Assembly (NCBI GenBank): GCA_030390025.1
Contig: CM059431.1
Coordinates: 110,796,001 to 110,860,000, forward strand
Source: Squalus acanthias
Lineage: Eukaryota
Length of the DNA stretch: 64,000 nt
Direction: 5' to 3'
Shown here: positions 13,854 to 26,110 of the stretch, one piece after another
How the letters are laid out: each line of letters opens with the position of its first letter
How positions within the stretch are numbered: the first letter of the stretch is position 1
The notes under the pieces: model-generated
Told to the model about the DNA's origin: nothing
Database searches by the model: none
The model's input: only the letters and a program-made list of their open reading frames with translations
Position numbers and translations under genes: made by a program

Positions 13854-14810
13854 TTAGTTTAAAGCCCTCTCTACAGCCCTAGTTATTCGATTCGCCAGGA
13901 TTCTAGTCCCAGCACTGGCCAAGTGAAGTCCATCCCAACGGAACAGCTCTCTCCCATCCCAGTACTGGTGCCAGTGTCCCAAGAAGCAAAACCCATTTCT
14001 CCCACACCAGTCTTTGAGCCACGCATTTAACTCTCTGATTTTATTTACCCTAGCCAAATTTGCTCGTGGCTCAGGTGGTAATCCAGAGATTATTACCCTT
14101 GTGGTTCTGCTTTTTAATTTGGCCCCTAGCTGCTCATACTCCCTCAGCAGAACTTCTTTCCTTGTCCTATCTATGTCGTTGGTACGAACATGGACCACGA
14201 CAACTGGATCCTCCCCCTCCCACTCCAAGTTTCCCTCCAGCCCAGAGGAGATGTCCTTAACCCTGGCACCAGGCAGGCAACACAACCTTCGGGACTCTCG
14301 CTCTCGGCTGCAAAGAACGCTATCTATCCCCCTTATGATACTATCCCCTACCACTACAACATTTCTTTTTACTCCCCCCACTTGAATGGCCCCCTGTTCC
14401 ATGGTGCTGTGGCCAGGTTGCTCATCCTCCCTGCAGTCCCTGCTCCCGTCCTCACAGGGAGTAAGAGCCTCGAACCTGTTGGACAAGAGCAAGGGCTGCG
14501 GCTCCTCCAACACTACCTCCTGGAGCCCCGTACCTGCCTCACTCATAGTCACACCCTTCTGTCCTTGACCACGGACTACATCTGAATTAGTTAATCTAAT
14601 TGGTGTGACTACTTCCTGGAACACAGAGTCCAGGTAACTCTCCCCCTCCCTGATGTGTCGCAGTGTTTGAAGCTCGGACTCCAGCTCATCAACATGGAGC
14701 CGGAGTTCCTCGAGCAGCCAACACTTACTGCAAATGTGATCACCGTGAGCATCAATGGTGTCCACCAGCTCCCACATATTGCAGCAGTAACACATCACCT
14801 GCTCTCCCAT
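13854..14810 (-). CDS. CR1 ORF1: Zn-finger/leucine zipper plus SGNH esterase domain
   Basis: CYCC..HICSKC, coiled coil, GDSIIRG, LPGA, HVRTND (G>R) and DGLHL blocks; open for 318 aa. Confidence 0.9.
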   Translation of the reverse strand: MGEQVMCYCCNMWELVDTIDAHGDHICSKCWLLEELRLHVDELESELQTLRHIREGESYLDSVFQEVVTPIRLTNSDVVRGQGQKGVTMSEAGTGLQEVVLEEPQPLLLSNRFEALTPCEDGSRDCREDEQPGHSTMEQGAIQVGGVKRNVVVVGDSIIRGIDSVLCSRERESRRLCCLPGARVKDISSGLEGNLEWEGEDPVVVVHVRTNDIDRTRKEVLLREYEQLGAKLKSRTTRVIISGLPPEPRANLARVNKIRELNAWLKDWCGRNGFCFLGHWHQYWDGRELFRWDGLHLASAGTRILANRITRAVERALN

Positions 14811-17154
14811 TCTATGTAATTAATTAAATTTATTAATATTTTTTAAATACCCTCTGCCCCGCCTGATGAATATCACACCTTAGAAACTATAAACCACGGA
14901 GTTTAAGTTTAAAAAGAGAGAAATACTCACCAACCAATGACTTACCTGCTTTCTGGTGACATCACACCTCGATTATTTTTTACCTCTCTCCCTCCCTCCG
15001 AGTTCGGAGACTGGTCCCGCCTTACCTGGTCTCTGGAGCCTTTTAAACCCTCTGCCGCCGCCTCGCCTCACGCAGGTCCGCCGCCGCACCAGGAAGCTGA
15101 CAAAGATGGAAAAAGGAAGGAACACCTCCCTCCCCGCACTCCCTCACTCACTCACCAAACTCGCAGCTTAACACTCTGTTCCAATCTGCACGCCATGACA
15201 AACTGCACTCTAGTCTCCCTTATTTATACTGCTGAGATTTAAATAAGTGAGCTCTCTGGCAGTTACAGAACCAGATTAGACCAGTTAATTAATTAATTAC
15301 TCTCACCTGCTCTCCAGCACAGAGCTTGCTTAGCCCTGCCCAAGCCTGGAAGAAACTTAAAACTTGAAACAGTAAATTTAAATGCTAATTGCAAGCACAC
15401 AAGACTAGAATTTATAAAAATAAGAGATTAACCTTTAAGATTTACTCCCTCACTCACCAAACTCGCAGCTTAACACTCTGTTCCAATCTGCACTCCAGTC
15501 AACTGAGCACGGTGAGAAGTGAGCCACATCCTTTGGACATAATTCAGGCAATTTTCCCCTAGCTCCCCGGCCTCGGCGCAAGTCAGCAGGAGTGGGCCTG
15601 ATATGCACTCAACTTGTCCTCACCCTGCCTGTATTTGTGGGTTCAGTTCATTACTGTAAGTCTAATGTACCCGAAGCACAGGCCAGCCCCTTGGCAAGGT
15701 CTTGTGCCTTGAACTGGATAAGAAACATGGGGCGGCTTGCAAGAAGGGTAATGGCTACAAAGCCTCTGGTCAAAATCAGCAGGCAGCTCTGATCCATTTG
15801 TTTCCTGATCTGCAAAAGAAAGGGCTTCTGAGCGGAGCTGGGCACTTCTTCTGCGCACTCCTCCAAATGGGTGTCTACCCATTGTTGAGAAGGCAAAATG
15901 AGGCAGGAAGTGCCCTTACGTTAGTCCCATCTCATTTTGTACTTGATTTGAAGGCTTGCGCCTATTGCAAAACAAGCACTCCACACCCCTTCGGGGGAAA
16001 CCAAGGAAATCTCAAAGGGATTTGAGCCCCAGCACCGTGTGTCTTCACCCCTTTTTCCTTTCCCTTGCTCCCGGGAACTGGGAAACTTTCCCCAGGATAT
16101 GAATGAGATATTAATTGTTCTTCAAAAAGGAATATACTGTGCAACTGTTTTAATCAACTACTAGCCAAAATATATCTAGAATTGCCTTTTCATAATAAAG
16201 CCCCCACAGAAGTCAGATTCTATAGTAATGTTTGACCAATCTAACAATTTACTGGAAAGATCCCTACCTATTTGTAGAAAGATGAACCGTGAGTACAATT
16301 GTCACTCTCTTGGGGCCTGTCGTTAACATTTACAATGATTGTATGATATCAATCATATCAGTAATTTATGTTCACAAGTCAATTATGAAGGTCTTTCATC
16401 TGAATGTAAGAACATCTGGGATTTACTGTCGCTGCTCAGATACTCTGCCGATATGATAAAAACAAGGAATGATCCCTATAACAGTCAATGGCTTTCACAT
16501 TCATTTTAATTACAGTGCCACCAATTAAGTGCAGATTTACACATGTGTTACTAGTTTTATTTTTAGTGTGAAGGATTGCAGCGATGGGAAGTGAAATGTT
16601 CATCCTTCCACAAAATCAATGAAGTTATGTCTTCAGAAATTTCCGTGCGGGTGGAGATCTAATTTTTATAACGAACAAACAAAACGGAATTGATGTAGCT
16701 TTTGCCTGGTGGTCAGCTCAATGGGATAAGAATGCTTTGAACAATAGGTGAGGAAATCCAAATGCAGTCCATCCTGAACATGTATCAAATCTAGCCTTCA
16801 TTTAATGACTAAGGAATATAATGAAAGAAATGAAACATTGGAAGCATTTGGCATTAACATGCACTTGTAGGGAGTTACTGTGAGCTTCAAATTTGCCACT
16901 GATGCTGCATTTATATTACATCGCTGTCCCTGGAACCATGCCAAACCTGATGATAACTGAGATGGCACCTCAAGGGGTGTTTTTTTCCATGTGCTGCCTG
17001 ATGGGCAGAAAAATTGGTGCGTGAATGGGGAGGGTGTGGAGAATCACCCTGGATTTCTTGGGAAACCAGACATCCCGCCCCCCGCTAGATCCCTTGAGAA
17101 CCGGATCGTATCTCCCTCCTCCCAGAGGGCAAAAATTCTTCAATGAGGTGATCC

Positions 17155-17560
17155 CATTGAATGAGAGGTGATCTGATTGAAACATACAAAATTCTTACAG
17201 GGCTTGACAGGGTAGATGCAGGGAGGATGTTTCACCCTGGCTGGGGTGTCTAGAACCAGGGGTCACAGTCTCAGAATAAGGGGTCGGCCATTTAGGACTG
17301 AGATGAGGAGAAATTTCTTCACTCAGAGGGTGGTGAATCTTTGGAATTCTCTACCCCACAGGGCTGTGGATGCTCAGTCATTGAGTATATTCAAGATAGA
17401 GATCGCTAGATTTTTGAATATTAAGGGAATCAAGGGATATGGGGATAGTGCAGGAAAGTGGAGATGAGGTAGAAGATCAGCCATGATCTTATTGAAGGCT
17501 CGAAGGGCCAAATGGCCTACTCCTGTTCCTAATTTTTATGTTCTTATGTTATGTTCTTAT
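17155..17560 (+). mobile_element. CR1 3' fragment
   Basis: TRGHSLRIRGRPFRTEMRRNFF and TTATGTTC tail. Confidence 0.88.
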
Positions 17561-19612
17561 TAAACAAAATTAAAATAATGCATTTTGACCTCGATATTAC
17601 AGCGTATGAATGCTTAACCTGTGTGTGTGAAATTCCCTTTAGTGCTAACTTAACAGCGGCGATAACCTGAGCAAAGTAAGTGGATCAACGTGTCTGCTAA
17701 CACAGTCAACAAGGAAATTTCATATGAGCCTATTAAGTATTTATACACTCTTTCACACAGTGTCATTTCAAAGTCCTACTCTTTGAATTTCTTTATAGTT
17801 GCCTTCCTTTGTCACTAGGCTACAGAGCAGAGAAACATTTGGCAGTAATTTGAAAATGGTATTGAACTTGTATATAAGAGGTTAATGCCATAAATCTCTG
17901 TTGGCGCTGGTAAGACACCATAGGGCAAAAATTCCAGCATGACCTCATTCCAATTAACAGAGACTGGATCGTTAACATATTGGAGGCAGTCACCCACACC
18001 AGTAGTGGCACAATCTTACCACTGGAATCTTGGAGCGGCACCTGTCCACTCTGAGAGTGGGGGAAGGGAACCACACACCTGGTTAGGCTAAAAATATAGG
18101 CCCGGAATTTGCGGGCAGCGGCGAAGCAACGGCGATTGCCACTGACCTCGAAGAAAGCTGCCCACACAGATCTCGCGATCTCTGTGGTGAAAACTTTAGC
18201 TTTCTTGACCTTAATTTGATTGTAGCACTGTCAAAAGGGGAGCCCCAGCGTATAGCAGCAGTAATATCATCAATATGTCTAAGCAGCCAATCACATTGAA
18301 GAATACTCACAGACAGCAAACCAGGAAATAAAAAGCACTGATTATCAATTCACTTTTAAAATTCTTTACATAGAGCAAATTAAAGATTGGAACATACACA
18401 TGGAGTTAAGGTAAAAGCTGAAGTATCATAAACAAACTTTAAACAAAATTAAAAAAAAATTATAATTATTTTAAAAATCTAGTAATTTTGATCATAATGC
18501 AGAAATTTGACATTCCACAAATATAAAAATCGTTTTTCAGGGCCAGAACAGTTGTTCAACAGTCAATATAGCATCTTAAATAAGACCGGAGAGTAATATT
18601 GGGCGGGGTGTAAAACCGGCGTTCCACCCGATCCCGTGGTTTTCCTCGATCATCGAGTTCGTAAAAATTACACCTTTGTGTCAGCCTTGGTTCAATGGTT
18701 GCCCTCTTGCCTCTGAGTCAGAAGTTCTGGGTTCAAGTTGCTCTCCAGGGACTTGAGCACATAATCTAGGCTGACGCTTCAGTGCAGTAGCGAGGGAGTG
18801 TTGCTCTGTCAGAGATGTCGTCTTTCGGATGAGACGTGAAACTGCACCCTAGCTGCCCTATTAGATAAACTTACAAGATTCCATGGTACTATTTGAAGAA
18901 GTACAGGGGAGTTTTACAAGTGTTCTGGCTAACACTTACTTCTCAACCAACATCTGGTCATTTATCTCATTGATATTTGTGTGATCTATCTGTGCAGAAA
19001 TTGACTACCATGTTTCCCTACATTATAACAGTGACTACATTTCAAAAGTACTTAACTGGCGGTGAAAGTCTTTGGGACATCCTGAAGTCATGAAAGACAT
19101 TATATAAATGAAAATTATTTCATTGAGAAATATTTGGTTAATGTTCTGCATGTAATATGAACCACATTCAGTCACATATTTCAACTAATACTTATTCATA
19201 TTAAGGTTTGACACATGAACAGTTAATATCAGCATATGGTTAGGTGTGAAATGATTTATACAGACTCTAAATCCAGTGCTGATACATTATTTGCTTTCTG
19301 ATCCCTATTAATGTCACGTGTGTATCCGATTCTCTTCAGACGATACTAGTGTAAAACACCTTACTGTTGGATTGCTTAATATATTTTGTTACAGCGTGGA
19401 ACAGATTTTGTTTTCTATCTTATACTATCCATTTTATGCATTAAAGAACCAAGGTGGTGGAGATAAATAACATATTAAACAGACCATATCACTCACTATG
19501 TTGAGCTCTGTGGTTGCGTGTCATCTCAGCAGTTTCGATCTTAATCTTAAAACATCAAAAGAGGAAACAGCACTATGTCAGGAGTAAACAGAATTCCACC
19601 ACTACACATTTT

Positions 19613-20370
19613 GGGGGAAAATTCGGTTGGTTAGCGCCTCCCATTAGTGCCTCTGGGGGGGCAATAACGGGGTGCTAGGAACTTAGCGCCCAAGTGTGGC
19701 GATTTTAGCGCCTGCTCGCGAAATTGACCAGTCGTTTTGCGGCGGTGCTAAACAGTACCGCCACGATCTCCTGCACCCCCAGATCATGACGTCAGTCGAG
19801 CGTGCAACGCCCCGGTAGCACCCCAGACCGGATATTAGTCGCGCCCCCTGCCTAGCGCCTGCCGCTAGGAACGACAGATAGAGGGCAACGTTTTCAAGTC
19901 GGGAAGGGGCTGGGGGAGCGCTATTTAAAGGCGGGTGCTTCCTGCCTTTTCTTGTCGGCAAAATTTTTGGTTTTAACATTGTCCTAAGGAGTTTTGGCCC
20001 TCAGCACCACTTTTGAGGTTCCTAAGCGCCGAGCTCTTTCCCTGGGCCTATCCATTAGTGCTTCCAACACAATTGCTTTAGAGGTCTCTCCAGGCCGAGA
20101 TTCAAGGCTTTAAGAACTGGATGGCGCCAGTCTGTCTGGCTTCCATGGTAACTGACATCGCCTGAGCTTCGGTAGCGTTCTGAGGTAGCGCCTCGCTCCC
20201 TGACGTTTGCACCTTAAGAGAGGTGTGTAGCGCCTGATTTCGCGCTCAAATCACCTCCAGGGGCGATAGAGGCGAATTTTGCAGTCGGAGGCGATAATTA
20301 GCGTCGGGTGCTAAACTTTGCGCCCGGCCGATATTAGCGCCCCAAAATGGGCGATACCCAATTTTCCCCC
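19613..20370 (+). mobile_element. Harbinger-type MITE (758 bp)
   Basis: TIRs GGGGGAAAATT / AATTTTCCCCC, TTT TSD. Shares TAGCGCC arrays and CTCTCCAGGCCGAGATTCAAGGCT with the 40183 and 49571 elements. Confidence 0.88.
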
Positions 20371-20462
20371 TTTATTTATTTCTTATTCTCACCTCTTTAA
20401 GTCGTCTCGTGCCATTCCTTAACTCAGGGCAGTCTGTTCCCAGATTTCTACTGCCAATTATT

Positions 20463-21228
20463 GGCCCAGAAATTGGACCTCGATGGTTGCCGCGGGGGTA
20501 AGGATCCCCCGCGATATCGCACTCCGCGCCTACCTTTATGGTTTTGGCCCACACGAACTTCAGTTCCTGGGCCTCTCCCTGGTGCTGGCGCGCAGTGTGT
20601 GCATGTCCCAGAGGCGCAGTTAGTGCGATGCTACCTCTGGGATCACGTGGGCCAGTTAGAGCCAATGGCAGCACACCATCTTTCATTCATAGTTTTGACA
20701 GGAAGAGCTGTCAAAACTATGAATACAACAAGCCCCCAAAAGAACAGCTAAACCTCAATTAAATTTAAAAAAAAAGCCATCACATTAATAAAATAACTAT
20801 AGTTAAATAAATTAACCACTTTAAACAAAAATTTAAATTTTTGAAAAAATTTAAATTCTTTTTAAAAGTTATAAAAATAAACTTACCTTTCTTTAAAGTC
20901 TCTAAAAAAGATAAACCTGTTGAAATTTTTTAAAAATAATACTTGATTAACTACTTACCTTGTTAAAAGGGGGTCTTACGCCTGCTTTCTTTATGTGTAA
21001 AATCTTCAACACTTACCTGCGCGTTCAAACCTGAAAAAAAAACTAAGTGCGCTGCGTGTGCACAACCTGTAGCGTGCACGCAGTTCACTTAGGAACCGCC
21101 CCCTTCGCAATACCCGAAGTGCCGGTTTCCCGCGCATGCGCAGTGCATGCAGGAAACCGGCAATTCGGGATCTAATACGCGAGAGTACACAGTGCGTAAT
21201 CTCCCGTATTAGGTCTAATTTTCGGGCC
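20463..21228. mobile_element. TIR non-autonomous element, second Harbinger-like MITE family
   Basis: GGCCCAGAAATT / AATTTTCGGGCC termini; imperfect TSD (ATT/AAT). Internal blocks shared with 57824-58512. Confidence 0.7.
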
Positions 21229-21528
21229 AATATCTTCACTGAGACAAAATTAAACTTGAACATTTGGTGAATCTGTTGAGTCGAATAAAATCAATAAGCT
21301 GCGAGAAAAATAATGTAAGAACGTTAGCTAATTTGCACGACTTGATTCCCCAATTGATTCTTCCTCCTTCCCTTTGTAAATGCACCTCAATCCTGCTCTA
21401 CAGCATCCCAATCAGACTGGTTCAGATTGACAGTTCAATGAGTGGGATATTATGTACGTCTATCTTCTAAAAATGTTTTATGTTTATTTATTTTCCTGAA
21501 TATTTCCTCCTGGCAGGTCACTTGCAAC

Positions 21529-21676
21529 CAATGTTCCCTCTAATTCTTTTTTTGGGTGCGCGATCCCTTTAACGGTCCACTCAAAATTTTGCGTGAGCGC
21601 AAACTCTCCCATTCAAAAACTGGTAAGCAGCTTGCACGGGACCTTCAGACAGCCGCGCGGCTTAGCGGGAACGTTG
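21529..21676. mobile_element. hAT-type MITE (148 bp)
   Basis: 15-bp TIRs CAATGTTCCCTCTAA / TTAGCGGGAACGTTG and a perfect 8-bp TSD CTTGCAAC. Confidence 0.88.
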
Positions 21677-21702
21677 CTTGCAACCAGCCAATTTCCTCTA
21701 GA

Positions 21703-22280
21703 TAGAAGTCATAGAGTCATACGGCACAGAAGGAGGCCATTCGACCCATCGAGTCCGTGCCGGCTCTCTGTAGAGCAATCCAATAAGTCCCATTCCCCCG
21801 CTCTATCCCCGTAGCCCTGCAAGTTTATTTCCCTCAAGTGCCTATCCAGTCTCCCCTTGAAAACATTGAGTGTCTCCGCTTCCACCACTTCCGTCGGCAG
21901 CGAGTTCCAGGTCCTCACCACTCGCTGCGTAAAAAAGTTTTTCCTCACGTCCCCCCTGTATCTCTTGCCCAAAACCTTAAATCTGTGTCCCCTAGTCCTT
22001 GTACCATCAACTAGTGGGAACAGCCTTTCCCCGTCTAGCCTATCGAAACCCGTCATAATCTTGTACACCTCTATCAAATCACCCCGCAACCTCCCTTGCT
22101 CTAATGAAAACAAATCCAACTTCTCCAACCTGTCCTTGTAGCTAAGATCCCCCATCCCCGGAACCATTCTGGTAAATCTCCTCTGCACCCTCTCAAGGGC
22201 CTTCACATCCTTCCTAAAGTGTGGTGACTAGAACTGGACGCAATGCTCCAGTTGTAGCCTAACTAGCGCTTTATAAAGCT
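21703..22280 (-). mobile_element. CR1 3' fragment (CTATGA-tail subfamily)
   Basis: ORF 21709-22206, ERVQRRFTRMVPG. Confidence 0.88.
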
Positions 22281-23309
22281 TTATAAAGTGGGACATTCTG
22301 GGCTGAGTAAACTATTCATAAGAACTTCCAAATAGCATTGCAAATCAGAGTTATCTGTGCTGAGCTTTTTGCATGTAATTGAAATAACTCTCTCCAACTG
22401 CGTTTGCAGATTGGCGTAAAGTAGCAGAGGGTAGGAATTGAAGGACAAAGGAGATATTACTAGATAAAAAATGATTTTGGTAACATCACTTTAAAAAAAT
22501 AGATAGGGGGAAACAATCAAAGGGGTGCCACTGAAGAGCATCCTCTGTAATTTGGATAACATTTTACTATCATACTATTAAACAAAGAATTTCAATGGAT
22601 TGAAATTGCACTGTTCAATATTAATAGCAAATGAATTAACACGGTCATATGAAATTCCTCTATCCTCTATTTTAACAAAGCTGTCAAGCTTTTTAATAAT
22701 AAAATTGCCTTTTCATTAATATCATACAGTGTGATTTCAACCCACAAATAGTTACATCTAGGTTTCACTAGGATAGAGTTTCATCCTCACTCCCTGGGCA
22801 TGGTGTATCATCTGCCCTTTATAGAACAACAACAACGTGCATTTATATAGCGCTTTTAATGTAGTAAAATGCCCCAAGGCGCATCACAGAAGCATTACCA
22901 GACAATGTTTCACACCGAGCCACAGAAGGAGATATTAGGATATTAGGACAAGTGAGCAAAAGCTTGGTTAAAGAGGCAGGTTTTAAGGAGCGTCTTAAAT
23001 TGAGGGGAGAGAGGAGGAGAGGTGGAGAGGCTTACGGAGGGAATTCCAGAGCTAGGCAGCTGAAGGCACAGCCTCCAGTGGTGGGTCAAAGAAAGTGGGG
23101 GATGCGCAAAAGGCCAGAATTGGAGGAACGCAGAGATCTCGGGGGGTTGTGGGGCTGGAGGAGATTACAGAGATAGGGAGGGGCGAGGCCATGGATAGAT
23201 TTCAACGTAAGGGTGAGAATTTTGAATTTGAGGGAAGCCTGCCGGATGGTCACTCCAGTGATTTCAATGGTATAGAAATTGGAAGCGTTCAATAACAAGC
23301 AGGCGATCA

Positions 23310-24720
23310 GCTCTTCAGAGGGATTTGGAGGTCCTTGTACACAAATCACAGAAAGTTAACATGCAAGTACAGCAAACAATTAGGAAGGCAAATGGTATGC
23401 TAGCCTTTATTGCAAGAGGGTTGGAGTACAAGAGAAGTCTTGCTGCAATTATATAGGGCTTTGGTGAGACCACAGCTGGAGTATCTGTGTACAATTTTGG
23501 TCTCCTTACCTAAGGAATGATATACTTGCCTTAGAGGGGATGCAATGAAAGTTCACCAGATTGATTCCTAGGATGAGAGGGTAGTCCTACGAGGAGCATT
23601 TGAGTAGAATGGGCTATTAGTCTCTTGGATTTAGAAGAATCAGAGGTGATCTCATTGAAATGCATAATTTTTTTTACAGGGCTTGACAGGGTAAATGCTG
23701 AGAGTATATTTCCCTTGGCTGGAGAGTCTAGAAACAGGGTTCATAATCTCAGGATAAAGAGTTGACCATTTAAGACTGAGATGAGGAGAAATGTCTTCAC
23801 TCAAAATGTTGTGAATCTTTGGAATTCTCTACCCCAGAGGGCTGTGGATGCTCAGTCATTGAGTATACTCAAGACAGAGATCGATAGATTTTTGGACACT
23901 AAGGGGAAAAATTGGGTCGCGCCCCCTTTGGGGCGCTAACTTCACCGGGGCACTAAAAAGTTAGCACCCCCCCTGCTGTAAATTGAGTGGTAGCGCCCCA
24001 AGCAGCAGGCGGGGGGCTCTACTGGAAGCGCTCCCCTTCCCTCTTGGGGTGCTACCATTCAATATTGCAGCACTACGTGCAACAGCGCCATGCGTGTCGG
24101 CACGAAGCACCGCGGTATTACAGGCCTCCCTCCCCGATAAAAGGGGAGGGGCCTAGAGCAGCGCGCACCGGAGCCCTGCTGGACCACCGGGGAGCGGGGT
24201 GCCGGGCTGACCGATCGCGGCCGGCAGCCCGCATGAGGAGGCGAAAGGGGACAGGTGCTGGCAGGCGGCCCCCCCAAAAAATGGCCGCCCGGCACCTGCC
24301 CTTTAATTCGCGCCGCCGCGGCCGCAAAAACACCACCCTGATCCTGTTGGACATATCGTCCGGCGGTAGGTCAGGGGGCGCGAGCAGGGCACTGCGCACG
24401 GTGATGACATCATCGGCGGAGGCGTAGCACCGTGGGGAGCTACCAGCTACTGCCACCGCTACCCTCTCGCTGAATTTCACGGAAGGTGTTAGCGGCACCG
24501 CGCCCGGGCGCTAGGTGCTTTGCGCCCCGTTAGTGTTCCCCTGGGGTGCTAACGGGAGGCGCAAAGCACCCCAATTTTTCCCCCTAAGGGAATCAAGGGA
24601 TATGGGGATAGGGCAGGAAAATGAAGTTGAGGTAGAAGATCAGCCATGATCTTATTGAATGGCAGAGCAGACTCGAGGTGCCGTGTGGCCTACTCCTGCT
24701 CCTATTTCTTATGTTCTTCT
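23310..24720 (+). mobile_element. CR1 3' fragment, split by a MITE
   Basis: Nucleotide similarity to the other CR1 copies; tail at ~24705. Confidence 0.85.
23903..24584. mobile_element. Harbinger-type MITE (682 bp) inserted in a CR1 3' end
   Basis: TIRs GGGGAAAAATTG / CAATTTTTCCCCC, TAA TSD. The CR1 sequence GGACACTAA|GGGAATCAAGG rejoins across it. Confidence 0.9.
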
Positions 24721-26110
24721 GCTATTCCAGATTACTGTTCAGGTTCGTGAAGATGAAAATCTACCCCACTTTGTTTACTCTCATATTGTTCCCTTTTGCA
24801 TCTTTGACTGAAATTGTCCAGGAAAACAAAAGATCAGCGTATATTGCTCGCTGACCTACACTGTCTCCCAGTTAAGCAACACTTAATTTTAAAATTCTCA
24901 TCCTTGTTTTCAAATCCCTCCATGGCCTCGCCTCTCCCTATCTCTGTAATCTCCTCCAGCCCCACAACCCTCCGAGAAATCTGCACTCCTCTAATTCTGG
25001 CCTCTTAAGCATCCCAGATTTTAATCGCTCCACCATTGGCGGCCGTGCCTTCAGCTGCCAAGCCCCTAAGGCCTGGCATTCTCTCCCGAAACCTTTCCTC
25101 CTCTCTACCTCTCTTTCCTCCATTAAGACGCTCCTTAAAACCTACCTCTTTAACAAAGCTTTTGGTCACCTGCCCTAATATCTCCTTATGTGGCTCGGTG
25201 TCAAATTTTGTTTTCTAACGCTCCTGAGAAGCGCCTTGGGACGTTTTACTACATTAAAAGGTGCTATATAAATGTAAGTTGTTGTTGTTGTGTATTAAAG
25301 CACCAAGAATATCTGTGATAGTCTGGGACTATGTAAACACAATTACAGTTTGACAAAGTGACAAAAGTATGTGGGTAGCATACGGAGATGAAAATTCTTT
25401 CATTCTGTGCCCAGAAATCAAATTGGAGACTTTTGATCACCACTGGATTTATCCTCTCTCCACGGAGCTTGCTGATCAAGATTTTGATTTTGTTATTGAA
25501 CTTCTATCTGAAGGTCTGACTTTAGTCACAGGCTATATAAATATTGAACAATGTCAATTTTCAAAGCTGAAGTTTGACTTCTCACACATGTAACCTGCTG
25601 CATTTGCTACATAAACAACTCTAGAATATCGCAGTGGCGCCAATTCTTTGTGAAAATACCTTCAGATAAAGTTCCACAATTCATGCTTTATGTTGTTTTG
25701 ATGTTTTTAATACAAAAAAAGAATAAATTACCTTGTCAGCTTCTAGTGATGGCTTCCTTGCAGTTTTATTCCTAAGTCCTAAGGGGGCGAAATTCATTAT
25801 TCTAACTTCTGAAAAGTGGCGCTAATGAATCTCGCTGCACGCAAAATTCAGTGTCATCTCTCAAAGAACGGACGGGAGCGTTAAATCAAACGCTAATGAC
25901 CGAGCTCAGTGGCGTTAGACTCAAAGCGCTAAGCAATTTCAGGTGCAGTGTAATCGCTCGTCATCATTGCCACAGGCTCTTTCCAGTTCTTAAAGGGGAG
26001 GTTCAAGCATGCTGCAGAACCTCATTCTCAGCATTGCTGGTTCTGCAGCTGTCTCAGCAAGAATCAGAAGGCCCAGGAGAAGGAACCGGACCACTGAAGG
26101 AGGTGTCATT

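Larger units (their letters stand above)
10771..15497 (-). mobile_element. Full-length CR1 LINE
   Basis: 5' UTR, ORF1, ORF2 and (TTCTTATG)n tail. Possible GTCAA duplication at 10766-10770 and 15498-15502. Confidence 0.92.

Noticed and set aside
15500..16130. Possible coding or retroelement ORF1 remnant
   Set aside because: Several short overlapping ORFs with no motif I can identify; left unassigned.
18099..18672. Additional TIR elements (also near 5283, 6890-7090, 8500, 16972)
   Set aside because: One TIR-like end is visible in each case, but a matching end and TSD could not be established.
23903..24584. CpG-island promoter with 126-146 aa ORFs
   Set aside because: It is the GC-rich interior of a MITE bounded by TIRs and a TAA TSD.
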